Shown here piece after piece: positions 27,765 to 37,184 of a DNA stretch of 64,000 nucleotides. The notes under the pieces were generated by a model. It was not told the DNA's origin. It made no database searches and saw only the letters and a list, made by a program, of their open reading frames with translations. The translations under genes and the position numbers were made by a program. Position 1 is the first letter of the stretch. Each line of letters begins with the position of its first letter. The stretch comes from Candidatus Micrarchaeota archaeon (lineage in GTDB: Archaea; Micrarchaeota; Micrarchaeia; Anstonellales; Bilamarchaeaceae). The stretch lies in NCBI GenBank assembly GCA_030648615.1, contig JAUSHJ010000071.1, forward strand, positions 830 to 64,829, written 5' to 3'.

Positions 27765-27813
27765 ATTTTAGGAAGGGATTTACTTTGCAGTGCAAAGATC
27801 TAATTTTAGGAAG
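27765..27813. repeat. Hairpin flanked by an 11-bp direct repeat
   Basis: ATTTTAGGAAG at 27765-27775 and 27803-27813 around CTTTGCA-G-TGCAAAG. Confidence 0.6.
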
Positions 27814-27978
27814 AAAGGAAGACCTACTCTAATTAAGGGAGAAAGGCTGGAAAAATTATTGAAACTGTATTATACAGAATCGCATTCTATACGGAAAATA
27901 GCTGATATCTTAGGTGTATCCAAGACAACTATTCTTAGAACAATTAATAAAAAAATTAAAGGTGATTTATATGAATAA
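27790..27978 (+). CDS. Small HTH DNA-binding protein (resolvase-like HTH); 5' end possibly disturbed
   Basis: KKGRP...SHSIRKIADILGVSKTTILR. The SD-backed ATG at 27747 is out of frame and stops at 27801-27803. Confidence 0.6.
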   Translation: MQRSNFRKKGRPTLIKGERLEKLLKLYYTESHSIRKIADILGVSKTTILRTINKKIKGDLYE

Positions 27979-28483
27979 CTTGAAATGGGTAGAACGTAAT
28001 AGGAAAAATATACCATTACGCATAATACATGCAGGAGTTAGGTTGGATAATCCTTTGGTTGAACGATTATCTAGAATTGTCACTGAAACCATTGGTAAGT
28101 CCGGTTCTCCACACCCGAAGCAAACGGTGGAAATATTGGAAAGATTATTGAAATCTCTAGCACTAAGAAGTATAGAAAACAGTAAAAGAATTGATGGAGC
28201 AGAAGTGCCATATCTTCGCTTTGAAGACCTGATGGCTCTCCCGTCAATAGAAATAGGAAACATTGAAGGGTTAGTCAAAATGCTAGAATTGTATGCAAAG
28301 CTAGAACATATAACTCCAGGTGCATTTTATATGGGAATCAAGCGTGAAGCTCGAAAACTCAATATTTTGGATCATTTCTCCAGAAATATGGCAAAAAGAG
28401 ATGAATTTTTGCGTACAAAAAGGCTTGGACAGGGAGAAAACTATGTTGATTGTGAAACTTTTTTCAGATCGATAAACATCTGA
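27971..28483 (+). CDS. Hypothetical protein
   Basis: ATG 27971 with SD GGTGA, overlapping the HTH stop. Confidence 0.55.
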   Translation: MNNLKWVERNRKNIPLRIIHAGVRLDNPLVERLSRIVTETIGKSGSPHPKQTVEILERLLKSLALRSIENSKRIDGAEVPYLRFEDLMALPSIEIGNIEGLVKMLELYAKLEHITPGAFYMGIKREARKLNILDHFSRNMAKRDEFLRTKRLGQGENYVDCETFFRSINI

Positions 28484-28576
28484 ATCTACCAAAAATTGAT
28501 TACAATATTATGGCTATTCTGGGGAGTTGTCCCTCCCTGCATTTTGCTTTTAAACTAAAGCTTTTTTGTTAGCTTT

Positions 28577-28981
28577 TCATTCGGTAGATTTGCCATCATA
28601 CTCTTCAGGTAAAGATAATGCATCTGATTTAGTACTCCTTATAGTCTTGTCAATATGTTCTGGTGGAGAGTAAATAGTATAAAATTTCAACTTAGTTGTC
28701 TTTGAGGTATTCGTTACATTATGTTTTGCACCAGCAGGTATGATTATGCCATGGCCATCAGCAACTATATGATTTACGCCATCTATGAAAACAACACCTT
28801 CACCCGATTCAAATCTGAAGAACTGGTCTAGGTGAGCATGTACTTCTTTTCCAATTTCCTCTCCTGGATTTAAACACATCAATACGAGTTGACTATGTTT
28901 GCCAGTGTAAAGTACTCTTCTGAAATCTTGATTTTTTTCAGTTTCATTTTCAAGATTAATTGCATATCCTTTCAATGCCAT
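28577..28981 (-). CDS. Cupin-domain protein
   Basis: RVLYTGKHSQLVLMCLNPGEEIGKEVH...DQFFRFESGEG...IPAGAKHNV. Confidence 0.9.
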   Translation of the reverse strand: MALKGYAINLENETEKNQDFRRVLYTGKHSQLVLMCLNPGEEIGKEVHAHLDQFFRFESGEGVVFIDGVNHIVADGHGIIIPAGAKHNVTNTSKTTKLKFYTIYSPPEHIDKTIRSTKSDALSLPEEYDGKSTE

Positions 28982-29044
28982 AGTTATCACCTTTTTCGGT
29001 TTAATCCATTCAAAAATAAAAAACAAAAAAAGAAAATTATTTAG

Positions 29045-30307
29045 TTACCTTTTATTGTTTACTACAACAAACGTGCCGTTCTTAAGGAGTATTGACCCCT
29101 TTAGAAGGGAAACCTTGTACGTACCTGCAGTTGTAACTGAAACCTGAACTGAACCAAGAGCACCAATTTTAAATATTCTAACTGAACCCTTTGGACTAGT
29201 TACAAGCACATTACAACCGATACATGAATTTCCATCAAAACCAGTTGCCTTTATGATTGCATTTGCTCCCACTTGAGAATTTATTGGCATTATCATTCCA
29301 TGCAACTGAGAAATCTTATTGCTATATATTTTAGTCACGGATGATATTGATTTAACAGGTGTAATAACAGGCGTAACACAAATGTGATTAACGATCTGAC
29401 CAGAACACCCTATTTTGCTGCATGAACCTAAGGCGCAATTTTGTGTTGCACTGCAATCAGAATTAACTACACACTGTGGAATTAAAACTGATTTTGGTGT
29501 AACGTTCGTTGATGTAACTTTCGGATTAACTATCGGAGTAACAATTAGAGCAGATGATGTTGATCCTGATGGTGCTGTCACCATATTAGCATCCAATGTA
29601 ACTGCAGTCTGAGCTAATGCTCTTCCGTTTAATTTTGCACCAGTATTTAATACAATTGCAGTTTGAGAAAGAATTATTCCTTTAAAATCTGAAGTTGTTC
29701 CAAGTGTTGCTTGACCTGCAACCTGCCAGAAGACATTCTTTGCCTGGGCACCGCCGCTCAAAGTAATAATGGCACCATTGCCAACATCTAGATCTTGTGC
29801 AATCTGAAATATCCAAACATCGTTTGAACTTCCAGAAAGTGTGACACCATTATTTATTATAACTCCAGTTCCCCATTTATAGAGACCTGGAGCAATTGTC
29901 ATTCCGCTAATATCTCCAGCTCCCAATTCAGTTGCTGTAGGATTTGTTCTTCCTGCGGCATCAGTGTATGCTATTTCCATATCACCTATGGTTGTAGTCA
30001 TAGCAGTTGGAGTCGGAGGAGTATAATCAGGTGCATGTATTTTTCCTGTTACCAAAGATGACCTCGAAAAGGTATTTGAAGAATCTGCGATCAGTCCAAA
30101 TCCAGTTATCCCTGTACTATCGATTGGGCTTACACCCATATCACCAGTAACGTAGGTGGTACCAGTAGTTGAAATTCCTGATTTTGATAGAATAACAAAA
30201 TTACCTGCTGTCCCTAGATTTACTGCTGCTGGACCTGCAGCACTGATTATCTGCACTAAAAACAGAAATAAGAATGCAAAACTAAATATTGTTTTATACG
30301 ATACCAT
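29045..30307 (-). CDS. Secreted DUF3494 ice-binding-like protein with C-terminal Ig-like domain
   Basis: Signal peptide; AVNLGTAGNFVILSKSGIS, PGLYKWGT, AQAKNVFWQVAG, GRALAQTAVTLD. Confidence 0.88.
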   Translation of the reverse strand: MVSYKTIFSFAFLFLFLVQIISAAGPAAVNLGTAGNFVILSKSGISTTGTTYVTGDMGVSPIDSTGITGFGLIADSSNTFSRSSLVTGKIHAPDYTPPTPTAMTTTIGDMEIAYTDAAGRTNPTATELGAGDISGMTIAPGLYKWGTGVIINNGVTLSGSSNDVWIFQIAQDLDVGNGAIITLSGGAQAKNVFWQVAGQATLGTTSDFKGIILSQTAIVLNTGAKLNGRALAQTAVTLDANMVTAPSGSTSSALIVTPIVNPKVTSTNVTPKSVLIPQCVVNSDCSATQNCALGSCSKIGCSGQIVNHICVTPVITPVKSISSVTKIYSNKISQLHGMIMPINSQVGANAIIKATGFDGNSCIGCNVLVTSPKGSVRIFKIGALGSVQVSVTTAGTYKVSLLKGSILLKNGTFVVVNNKR

Positions 30308-30426
30308 TTTTCATCAACTCCATCTAAAACTTAATACGTGCGATTGCTGTAAATTCGAAAGAATTTACAATAAAAGAAAATATAAAAATAAAAAAAGAAA
30401 ATTAATACGTCTTGATAGGTAGTAAA

Positions 30427-31155
30427 CTACGGCGATAGGCTATATGTGGAAGTTGTCTGATACGGAACAATAAATAGTCCTCCTAACACAACTACAAATA
30501 TAGCTACCAAAATAATCATCAGGATTATTGTTGGCAATAGTATCACAATTGCTGCTTTCTCCCTAGATATGCCATGTGTTAACCTTATTGTTTTCATATT
30601 TAGGTATATACAATAAATAGATATTGCAATTGAAATCACTGAAAATACAAGTCCAACGTAAGGAATCATAACCAGAATCACAAATGGTATGCCAATTATC
30701 CAATTACCGGAAAATACCAATGACATAATGTAAAACTGGTTTTCAAAGTTTGATTTGCCACCTAGAATCTTAGCAAATATCCAATAAAACGCGCTTACGA
30801 TAAGAGCAAATAATACTGTAGCTATTGGAGCTAGAATTACTATCGAAAATATCATCATTATACCAAAAATTGAAGCAATAGGAACAATAGGAATCACTTT
30901 AGATGCTGATACGCTAGATGCTGCTAATCCGAATTGTATTAGGATAACGACAACTAAGACCAACATCTGAAGTACTGAAGCTATCAAAATATTTTTTATA
31001 CCGTCTCCTACACTTCCTTTTCCGAGTTCCCTAGTCATTGTTTCATGTGGTTTAGTATAAACTTCCAACCACTTGCTTGCATTTTTGTATGGGATTAGCT
31101 TGAATAACCATCCGAATGCACTGTTAAATATTTCTCCAATTTCCATAGATTTCAC
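30427..31155 (-). CDS. Yip1-like multi-pass membrane protein
   Basis: VYTKPHETM, 5 TM helices, KILGGKSNFENQF, HGISREKAA. Confidence 0.65.
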   Translation of the reverse strand: MKSMEIGEIFNSAFGWLFKLIPYKNASKWLEVYTKPHETMTRELGKGSVGDGIKNILIASVLQMLVLVVVILIQFGLAASSVSASKVIPIVPIASIFGIMMIFSIVILAPIATVLFALIVSAFYWIFAKILGGKSNFENQFYIMSLVFSGNWIIGIPFVILVMIPYVGLVFSVISIAISIYCIYLNMKTIRLTHGISREKAAIVILLPTIILMIILVAIFVVVLGGLFIVPYQTTSTYSLSP

Positions 31156-31168
31156 CTTTTAATAAATA

Positions 31169-31480
31169 CTAATCTGTCTTATCCTGAACGAAAATTACAA
31201 CTATAATACCGAAGAACGCACCTACCAGAACAAAACCCAGACCACGATAAGGTACAAAGTTGTCTAGCAAGAGTGCAATTCCCCAAATTATGAAAAATAA
31301 ACTCATCAGTATAACTGATATTCTCATTAGGGATTGCTCCAATGGTTTTCTAATTCTCTTGAACGCGCCTTCTATCCCATTGGAAATAGCACCTGAGACA
31401 GTGCCCTGGATTACTCCAGAGACATCTATCACGCTCTTGATGCCCTCAATAAAGGCTTGAACCGAATCAGATAGGCTCAT
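31169..31480 (-). CDS. Small 2-TM membrane protein (YqjE/holin-like topology)
   Basis: Soluble N-terminal half followed by two TM helices. Confidence 0.55.
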   Translation of the reverse strand: MSLSDSVQAFIEGIKSVIDVSGVIQGTVSGAISNGIEGAFKRIRKPLEQSLMRISVILMSLFFIIWGIALLLDNFVPYRGLGFVLVGAFFGIIVVIFVQDKTD

Positions 31481-31713
31481 TTGCTTCCCTTCGAAAGCAA
31501 AGTACCTAGTGCAACTCCACCAAGAAATGCTCCCAAAACAAATGACTTCGGATGCTCGTTTACCATAGCTCCAAACTCATCGTTCTTTCTGTATGCATAT
31601 TTCTGGGCTTTATTTATGTCATCTTGTACTTCTTTCTGGAATTCGCCTGCTTTATTTGTAATTCCTTCTTCAAAGCCTTTATCCAAAATTCGTCCATTTC
31701 TTTCATTTGCCAT
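31477..31713 (-). CDS. DUF883/ElaB-YqjD-like tail-anchored protein
   Basis: Charged helix then VNEHPKSFVLGAFLGGVALGTLLSK; SD GAGGTGG before ATG 31713. Confidence 0.6.
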   Translation of the reverse strand: MANERNGRILDKGFEEGITNKAGEFQKEVQDDINKAQKYAYRKNDEFGAMVNEHPKSFVLGAFLGGVALGTLLSKGSK

Positions 31714-31846
31714 AAAATCCACCTCTTATTTTGCTGCTGTATTTCACATCAGTAAGCGTAAATTCTTTTTTAGAAGAACCAACTAGTTCAAACACCATGA
31801 ATCCGAGTATACCGATCAAAATAAATCCAACCAATCCGAACATCAT
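31703..31846 (-). CDS. Small 47-aa single-TM protein, not in the ORF track
   Basis: MMFGLVGFILIGILGFMVFELVGSSKK...; SD GAGGTGA; overlaps the next gene by 11 nt. Confidence 0.55.
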   Translation of the reverse strand: MMFGLVGFILIGILGFMVFELVGSSKKEFTLTDVKYSSKIRGGFYGK

Positions 31847-31887
31847 AATCACCTCAAATAAAATAAAATAAAAAAATAAAAAAGGAA

Positions 31888-34335
31888 TTACTCCTTCTTC
31901 TTGTTTCCTGCATCATATGCCAACAAACCTACACTGAGTATACCAAGAGTTATAGGAATAGCAATGAGCATCCACCATTGGAAGAACCCTCCTTGCGCTG
32001 ATACCGATTGTGGAATTAGCTTTATAGAATCCCGAGCAGCAACAGATACTGCTCCTGATTTTATTACGGTACCATTTTCAAGAAGATCGACAGTGTAAGA
32101 ACCTACAAAAGACGGTATGAAACTTGTCTTTTCTGAACCATCTGTGGCAAGAGTTATAGCTGATCCGTAGGGAGTAGTAACTTTTATCGTACAGTCCGTA
32201 CAGCTAGTTGTAATTGCAACTGAACTGTTAACGAATCCAGCATAGGGAACTGAAAAAGTTACCACTAGAATTTCAGACGTGTTTTGAACTACTGTTTCAA
32301 CTACTGGAGGTTTTTCAACAACAACTTCAACTACAGTTGGAGGTTCTTGAATAGTTTGATTGGTCTGATTGCTTGCTGGGGCATAGGATGGTACATAGTG
32401 ATATGTATCTGACCAACCACCACCATTTGATGAACTGCTACTTGATGAACTACTTGAAACAGTAGCAGTAGTAAAGCTAGTTGTGTTACTTGCCGAATAT
32501 CCTGCATTGTCATAACACGTAACATTCGCTACATAATTTGTACTGGAACTTAAACTACTCAAACTAGCAGTGAATAATCCACTACTTAAAACTAAACTAC
32601 CGCTTCCGGCACCACTGTAAGTACAATTATTTATTCCAGAATATGCATCGCTCGCATTAACAGTAAGTATTGCGCCACTTGTAGTTACACTACTTGTAGA
32701 CAAACTATTAATCACAGGTGCAGACTGATCTACATATATAGTAAACGAACTGATGTTTGTATAGCTAGCATTATCTAGTACAGTTAGGTTAACATAATAA
32801 GTACCATTTGCAGTGGCAACATACGTTTCAACTCCAGAAATATTATTTGTAGTCGCCGTCCAATTTTGTAACATTCCCAAAGTGGAATTATAAACTACTA
32901 AAGTCCAGTTAAGAATGTTGGTATCATTGGCAGTAAAATTAATGGTCAACGTATTATTGTTAGTACCATTACCGCTACCCAATCCATTGATGTTATTAAT
33001 TAACGATGTAGGATATATCGAATCTACTAAAATTATCATATTACTAGAATTACCAACGTTACTAGCTTGATCAGTACAACTTACGTACCAACTATTGCTA
33101 CCTTGACTTATCGAAGTATTACTAATGGCTGTATTAGTATTGTTAGTAACCGAACTATTCGTTCCTGAAGATACTCCACCAATCAATAAACTACAAGAGT
33201 TTATTGAAGCATCGGTGTAATTAAAAGTAAATGTAGGTGCAGCCCAGGTATTGTTTACAGGACTTACTAAACTTACTACTGGAGCAATTGTATCTATGTT
33301 AATTACTCTCGGAGTAGAAGTTCCTACGTTACTGGATGTATCTGTACAGTTAACATACCAGTTATGTGCCCCTTCAGATAAACTAACGTTAGGAGTAATC
33401 AAAGTCGCAATATTGTTAGTTGTGCTTAAACTAGCATTACGACCAACGTTATCTACAAATAAACTACAACTTGCCGTAGTAGATACTGCATCTACAAAAG
33501 TAAAGTTCAAACTTGTTTGATTATTATTGGTCCAGCTATTGTTTGCTGTGTTTAATGTTACCACTGGAGGAAGTAAATCGCTATTTGTCGCTACGGGTAT
33601 TGAAACAGTATTAGAATCCAATGTAACAGCTGACTGTGCCAGTGCTCTTCCGTTTAATGTTGCACCAGTGTTTACTACAATTGCTACTTGATCAAGGATG
33701 TTTCCATTGAAAACAGATGTTGTCCCAAGTGTCGTTTGTCCAGCTACTTGCCAGAAAATGTTCTTTGCCTGAGCACCACCGCTTAGGATAACTTGTTTAC
33801 TAGAACTAATAGCAAGAGTTCCTGCTACCTGAAATATCCATACATCAGTTGAGTTTCCAGAAAGAGTTACATCTGTTGGAATTGTGACATCAGTTCCCCA
33901 TTTATAGAGACCCGGAGCAAGTACTAATCCACCTATGTTTCCAGCACCTAGTTCAGTCTCATCTGGTAAAGTTCTTCCGGCTGCATTAGTATAGGCTGTT
34001 TCCATATCACTTATGGCTGTAGTCATAGTGGATGGAGTTGGAGAAGTGTAATCTGCTGCATAAACGCTTCCATTAACTAAAGAGGATGTTGAAAATTGAT
34101 TAGAAGGATCCATTATTAGGCCAAAACCAGTGATTGCCGTACTATCAATTGGGCTTACCCCAATGTTTCCGTTAATCTGAGTAGTTCCGGTTATCGATAT
34201 TCCTGTTTTTGCCAAAGCCGCAAAATTACCAGCGGTTCCAAGATCCACTATTGCTGGACTTGTGAAAGCACTAACTGTTTGTACTAAACAAAAAATAAAT
34301 AAAATCAAACTGAATATATTTTTATACGACACCAT
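31888..34335 (-). CDS. Membrane-anchored surface protein: DUF3494 ice-binding-like domain, repeated Ig-like domains, Ser-rich linker, C-terminal TM
   Basis: Same MVSYK..FS leader and DUF3494 motifs as 29045-30307; repeated SCSL/WYV.C.D units; C-terminal WWMLIAIPITLGILSVGLLAY. Confidence 0.85.
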   Translation of the reverse strand: MVSYKNIFSLILFIFCLVQTVSAFTSPAIVDLGTAGNFAALAKTGISITGTTQINGNIGVSPIDSTAITGFGLIMDPSNQFSTSSLVNGSVYAADYTSPTPSTMTTAISDMETAYTNAAGRTLPDETELGAGNIGGLVLAPGLYKWGTDVTIPTDVTLSGNSTDVWIFQVAGTLAISSSKQVILSGGAQAKNIFWQVAGQTTLGTTSVFNGNILDQVAIVVNTGATLNGRALAQSAVTLDSNTVSIPVATNSDLLPPVVTLNTANNSWTNNNQTSLNFTFVDAVSTTASCSLFVDNVGRNASLSTTNNIATLITPNVSLSEGAHNWYVNCTDTSSNVGTSTPRVINIDTIAPVVSLVSPVNNTWAAPTFTFNYTDASINSCSLLIGGVSSGTNSSVTNNTNTAISNTSISQGSNSWYVSCTDQASNVGNSSNMIILVDSIYPTSLINNINGLGSGNGTNNNTLTINFTANDTNILNWTLVVYNSTLGMLQNWTATTNNISGVETYVATANGTYYVNLTVLDNASYTNISSFTIYVDQSAPVINSLSTSSVTTSGAILTVNASDAYSGINNCTYSGAGSGSLVLSSGLFTASLSSLSSSTNYVANVTCYDNAGYSASNTTSFTTATVSSSSSSSSSSNGGGWSDTYHYVPSYAPASNQTNQTIQEPPTVVEVVVEKPPVVETVVQNTSEILVVTFSVPYAGFVNSSVAITTSCTDCTIKVTTPYGSAITLATDGSEKTSFIPSFVGSYTVDLLENGTVIKSGAVSVAARDSIKLIPQSVSAQGGFFQWWMLIAIPITLGILSVGLLAYDAGNKKKE

Positions 34336-34822
34336 TTTCATCATCTCCACATTATAAATATAATACCCTATTACAAATATAATATGTTAGTACGCATATA
34401 TATAGCTATGTATTATTATAATAGCTCATTATTTATATTATATAATATAACAAATATAATATATTAAGACGTAAATAATAGGACATGTATCGAGAAATCA
34501 TACTAAAAATGATGCTATGAAATACATGACTTGCACTAGAAAGTTTGTGGGAAAACGACAAACAAAATTGACCATAGACGTTCTTAACCTCGATAGAAAA
34601 AATGACCTAGAAACTAAAATAAATTGTATTTAAAATGAAAGAAATAGGAAAAACGTTACCTACTAGTAATAGTTATAAAAAATAGAATTTTCCTAATAGT
34701 GACTTTTATAGTCTATAATATAATTAAAAGATAAATATTAAAAAAGAAAATTAGAGATCTTAGCAAACATCGATATGCCATGAATGCCTAATTAGTTCCT
34801 TTAACCCCTGAAGTAATCTTAA

Positions 34823-35500
34823 CTATAGATAATGTTTGAAGTTCTTGTCAAATATCTGTATGAATTTTCTATAATCTGCAGGATGCTCCTTAATCTGACC
34901 TTCGTAAATTGAATTTACAAAAGCGTAAGTCTTTTTCTGCTCTGAGGTTAATGCATCCATAAGCACTGGTTTTCTTCTATAGGCTTCTGTCTTCCAGCCA
35001 ATCGAAAGCACAGCATCCATAACTTTCCATGTTTTTTCTTTACTTACTGAAGCAATATTCTCCGATGGCTTAACTAGGTTTGCTTCATTTTTGGCACAGA
35101 GAAAATAATAGTTGAACTTCGAACCTATGAGCTTGGAAAACTCTGAAGTGCCAGACACGTCCCATATCCCAGCTGAAAACGGCGTCAGGAAAGGATCTAT
35201 GATTACACCGTGGCGCTCATCATAACTAATGAAATATTGACTCCAAATCTGTTCTAGATCAATTTCACTAAGATAATAGGTAAGTATTGGTGACCCGGAG
35301 AATAACTCCCCCACATTGAGCTTTTCAATTGAAAGTAATTTCTTTTGACCGAGTTTCTCGAAACGTTCACGCCAGTGCTTCTGCCCAGCTGATTTAATCC
35401 CTAATATTCTACCAATTTGACCCTTAGTCATTTTTTTAGGCATGGATAAGATTAACGTAAGCAAAATTTCGTTATCTGAGTAATTTGGAGCTTTTGACAT
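34823..35500 (-). CDS. Hypothetical protein with possible N-terminal winged helix
   Basis: MTKGQIGRILGIK...ERFEKLGQKKLL pattern only. Confidence 0.5.
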   Translation of the reverse strand: MSKAPNYSDNEILLTLILSMPKKMTKGQIGRILGIKSAGQKHWRERFEKLGQKKLLSIEKLNVGELFSGSPILTYYLSEIDLEQIWSQYFISYDERHGVIIDPFLTPFSAGIWDVSGTSEFSKLIGSKFNYYFLCAKNEANLVKPSENIASVSKEKTWKVMDAVLSIGWKTEAYRRKPVLMDALTSEQKKTYAFVNSIYEGQIKEHPADYRKFIQIFDKNFKHYL

Positions 35501-35633
35501 CTTAGTTCACTTCCTGAGTATTATTTATCTAGTTATTAGTTATCTATTGGTTAGTTCATTAATATGAAGGTATTTGTTATAAACATATGTGTCGCTCCAT
35601 CACTAAATATCAATGGAGCGTCGCAGAATATGT

Positions 35634-35753
35634 CTAAGTTCTCATAATTTTTTTTCCTACTGGACGATTTTTAACCATACCCTTGCCACCCTTGCTCTTT
35701 GCTGCACGAGTTTTAGCTGCAGTCATTCTTCCGCCTCTACTTGTTTTTACCAT
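35634..35753 (-). CDS. 39-aa highly basic peptide, not in the ORF track
   Basis: MVKTSRGGRMTAAKTRAAKSKGGKGMVKNRPVGKKIMRT; SD GAGGTGA; downstream hairpin CGCTCCAT/ATGGAGCG (35593-35620). Confidence 0.6.
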   Translation of the reverse strand: MVKTSRGGRMTAAKTRAAKSKGGKGMVKNRPVGKKIMRT

Positions 35754-35786
35754 GGATATTCACCTCGTTATTTAAATTCTGAATAT

Positions 35787-36227
35787 TTACTTCCCTTCAC
35801 TCTTCGATGATTTTTGAGTTCTTTTTTCCTCTACACGTGTCCCTGATTCGTAGTCTCCGTTCTCGTTAACCCTGTCTGGACTGCTAGTTGTAGTAGTTGT
35901 CTCGCTGCTACTTTGTTCTTCCTTCTTATTGTCATTATAGTATCGTCCGGCTAGGAACATCATTATTGAAAGAAGTATCAACAATCCTGGAAAACCAATA
36001 TAGATTGCCGGAAGCACGAGACCTGGAATATCTGCTTGAAGTTTTGATAGTTCAGTTGGAACGTTTATTCCGCATGCCTGAAACTTAGAATTCTGATCTG
36101 TTCCAGCAAAAGCCACGGCTGCAGTTAAAACCCCAGTAGTATAATTTACTACCATAAATGTTGATAACAAGATCATCAAAATAACGATCAAAGTAATAAT
36201 GCCAGAAAATATATTGTTTTTACCCAT
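35787..36227 (-). CDS. 2-TM membrane protein with charged tail
   Basis: Two hydrophobic helices; SD upstream. Confidence 0.6.
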   Translation of the reverse strand: MGKNNIFSGIITLIVILMILLSTFMVVNYTTGVLTAAVAFAGTDQNSKFQACGINVPTELSKLQADIPGLVLPAIYIGFPGLLILLSIMMFLAGRYYNDNKKEEQSSSETTTTTSSPDRVNENGDYESGTRVEEKRTQKSSKSEGK

Positions 36228-36360
36228 GTTAAACCATCTCCATTTTCAAATGATATTACTTATCTTATTCTCTATTATAGATATAAATATAGATTATAAA
36301 TATAATAACACGTTACTTATGTACCTGCTAGTATATAAACCTACGTAGTGTAATCTAGCT

Positions 36361-36618
36361 ATGTCAAAGAATTATATAGAAGTCGGAAGTGTCCTGGTTG
36401 CGCTAATTATACTATGGTTACTACTGGTATTCGTTCAAAATCCGATTGCACTAATTATGAATTCGCTTATAGCAATCGCAATTATGTTTCTTCTTAATAC
36501 AATCCTAGGACTTGGTATTCCGATTAACATATTTACTGTTCTGATAGTAGCTATAGGCGGAATTGCTGGTCTTCTGTTAATAATAATATTAAGAATGATG
36601 AGAGTAGCATTCGTTTGA
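36361..36618 (+). CDS. BofA-family (pro-sigmaK processing inhibitor-like) membrane protein
   Basis: IMNSLIAIAIMFLLN...IPINIFTVLIVAIGGIAGLLL. Confidence 0.7.
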   Translation: MSKNYIEVGSVLVALIILWLLLVFVQNPIALIMNSLIAIAIMFLLNTILGLGIPINIFTVLIVAIGGIAGLLLIIILRMMRVAFV

Positions 36619-36628
36619 GGTGTATCTT

Positions 36629-36868
36629 ATGTTTGGATTAGTCGGATTGTTAGTAGCGCTTTTGATAGTATATGTGTTATTTAGATTCCTAAAAAATCCT
36701 ACTTATATAATAGCAAACTCGATAATGGGCATTGTAATATTCTTTATTCTGAATCTATTCGGAGTAGGAGTACCAATTAATCTCTTTTCTGTTGGAATTG
36801 TTGCCATAGGGGGCATTCCAGGCGTCGTACTGGTTTTACTTATTCATTTACTCGGACTTGGATTCTAA
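36629..36868 (+). CDS. BofA-family membrane protein, tandem paralogue
   Basis: IANSIMGIVIFFILN...VPINLFSVGIVAIGGIPGVVLV; SD GAGGTG. Confidence 0.7.
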   Translation: MFGLVGLLVALLIVYVLFRFLKNPTYIIANSIMGIVIFFILNLFGVGVPINLFSVGIVAIGGIPGVVLVLLIHLLGLGF

Positions 36869-36902
36869 AGAGTAAGTAAAAGTTAATGTGTAGGTGGTTT
36901 TA

Positions 36903-37094
36903 ATGAAAAAAATGTTAGTAATTGTCATTACATTAACGTTTGTACTGCTATTTGCAGGTTGTCTACAACAACAATATTTCGCAGTAGATGGAAACAAAAC
37001 AAGTACTGCACAAATTTGTATGAAAACTCCAAACAGAATGTGGTGTGACAACGAACAGAAATGTATTGATCCAGATACTGAAGTTTGTAGATAA
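36903..37094 (+). CDS. Small Cys-rich lipoprotein
   Basis: MKK, hydrophobic stretch, LLFAGC lipobox; four further Cys. Confidence 0.6.
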   Translation: MKKMLVIVITLTFVLLFAGCLQQQYFAVDGNKTSTAQICMKTPNRMWCDNEQKCIDPDTEVCR

Positions 37095-37184
37095 CTAATT
37101 TTTCTTTATTTTTTCTTTATTTGTCCCTCTTTAGGAGAAAATAAAGGCAACCAATAAAATACCTTTCAACTTAGTGTATATTGA

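Noticed and set aside
34351-34822. AT-rich 470-bp gap as a replication origin
   Set aside because: No ORB-like repeats and no adjacent cdc6/orc1 gene.
27619-36300. Integrated element at tRNA-Leu
   Set aside because: No integrase and no duplicated tRNA 3' end in the window. The accessory-looking genes alone are insufficient evidence.
36361-36868. Functional link between the BofA-like pair and the sigma-like gene
   Set aside because: They are 17 kb apart, BofA-like proteins occur in archaea without sigma factors, and the sigma-like ORF has no evident pro-sequence.
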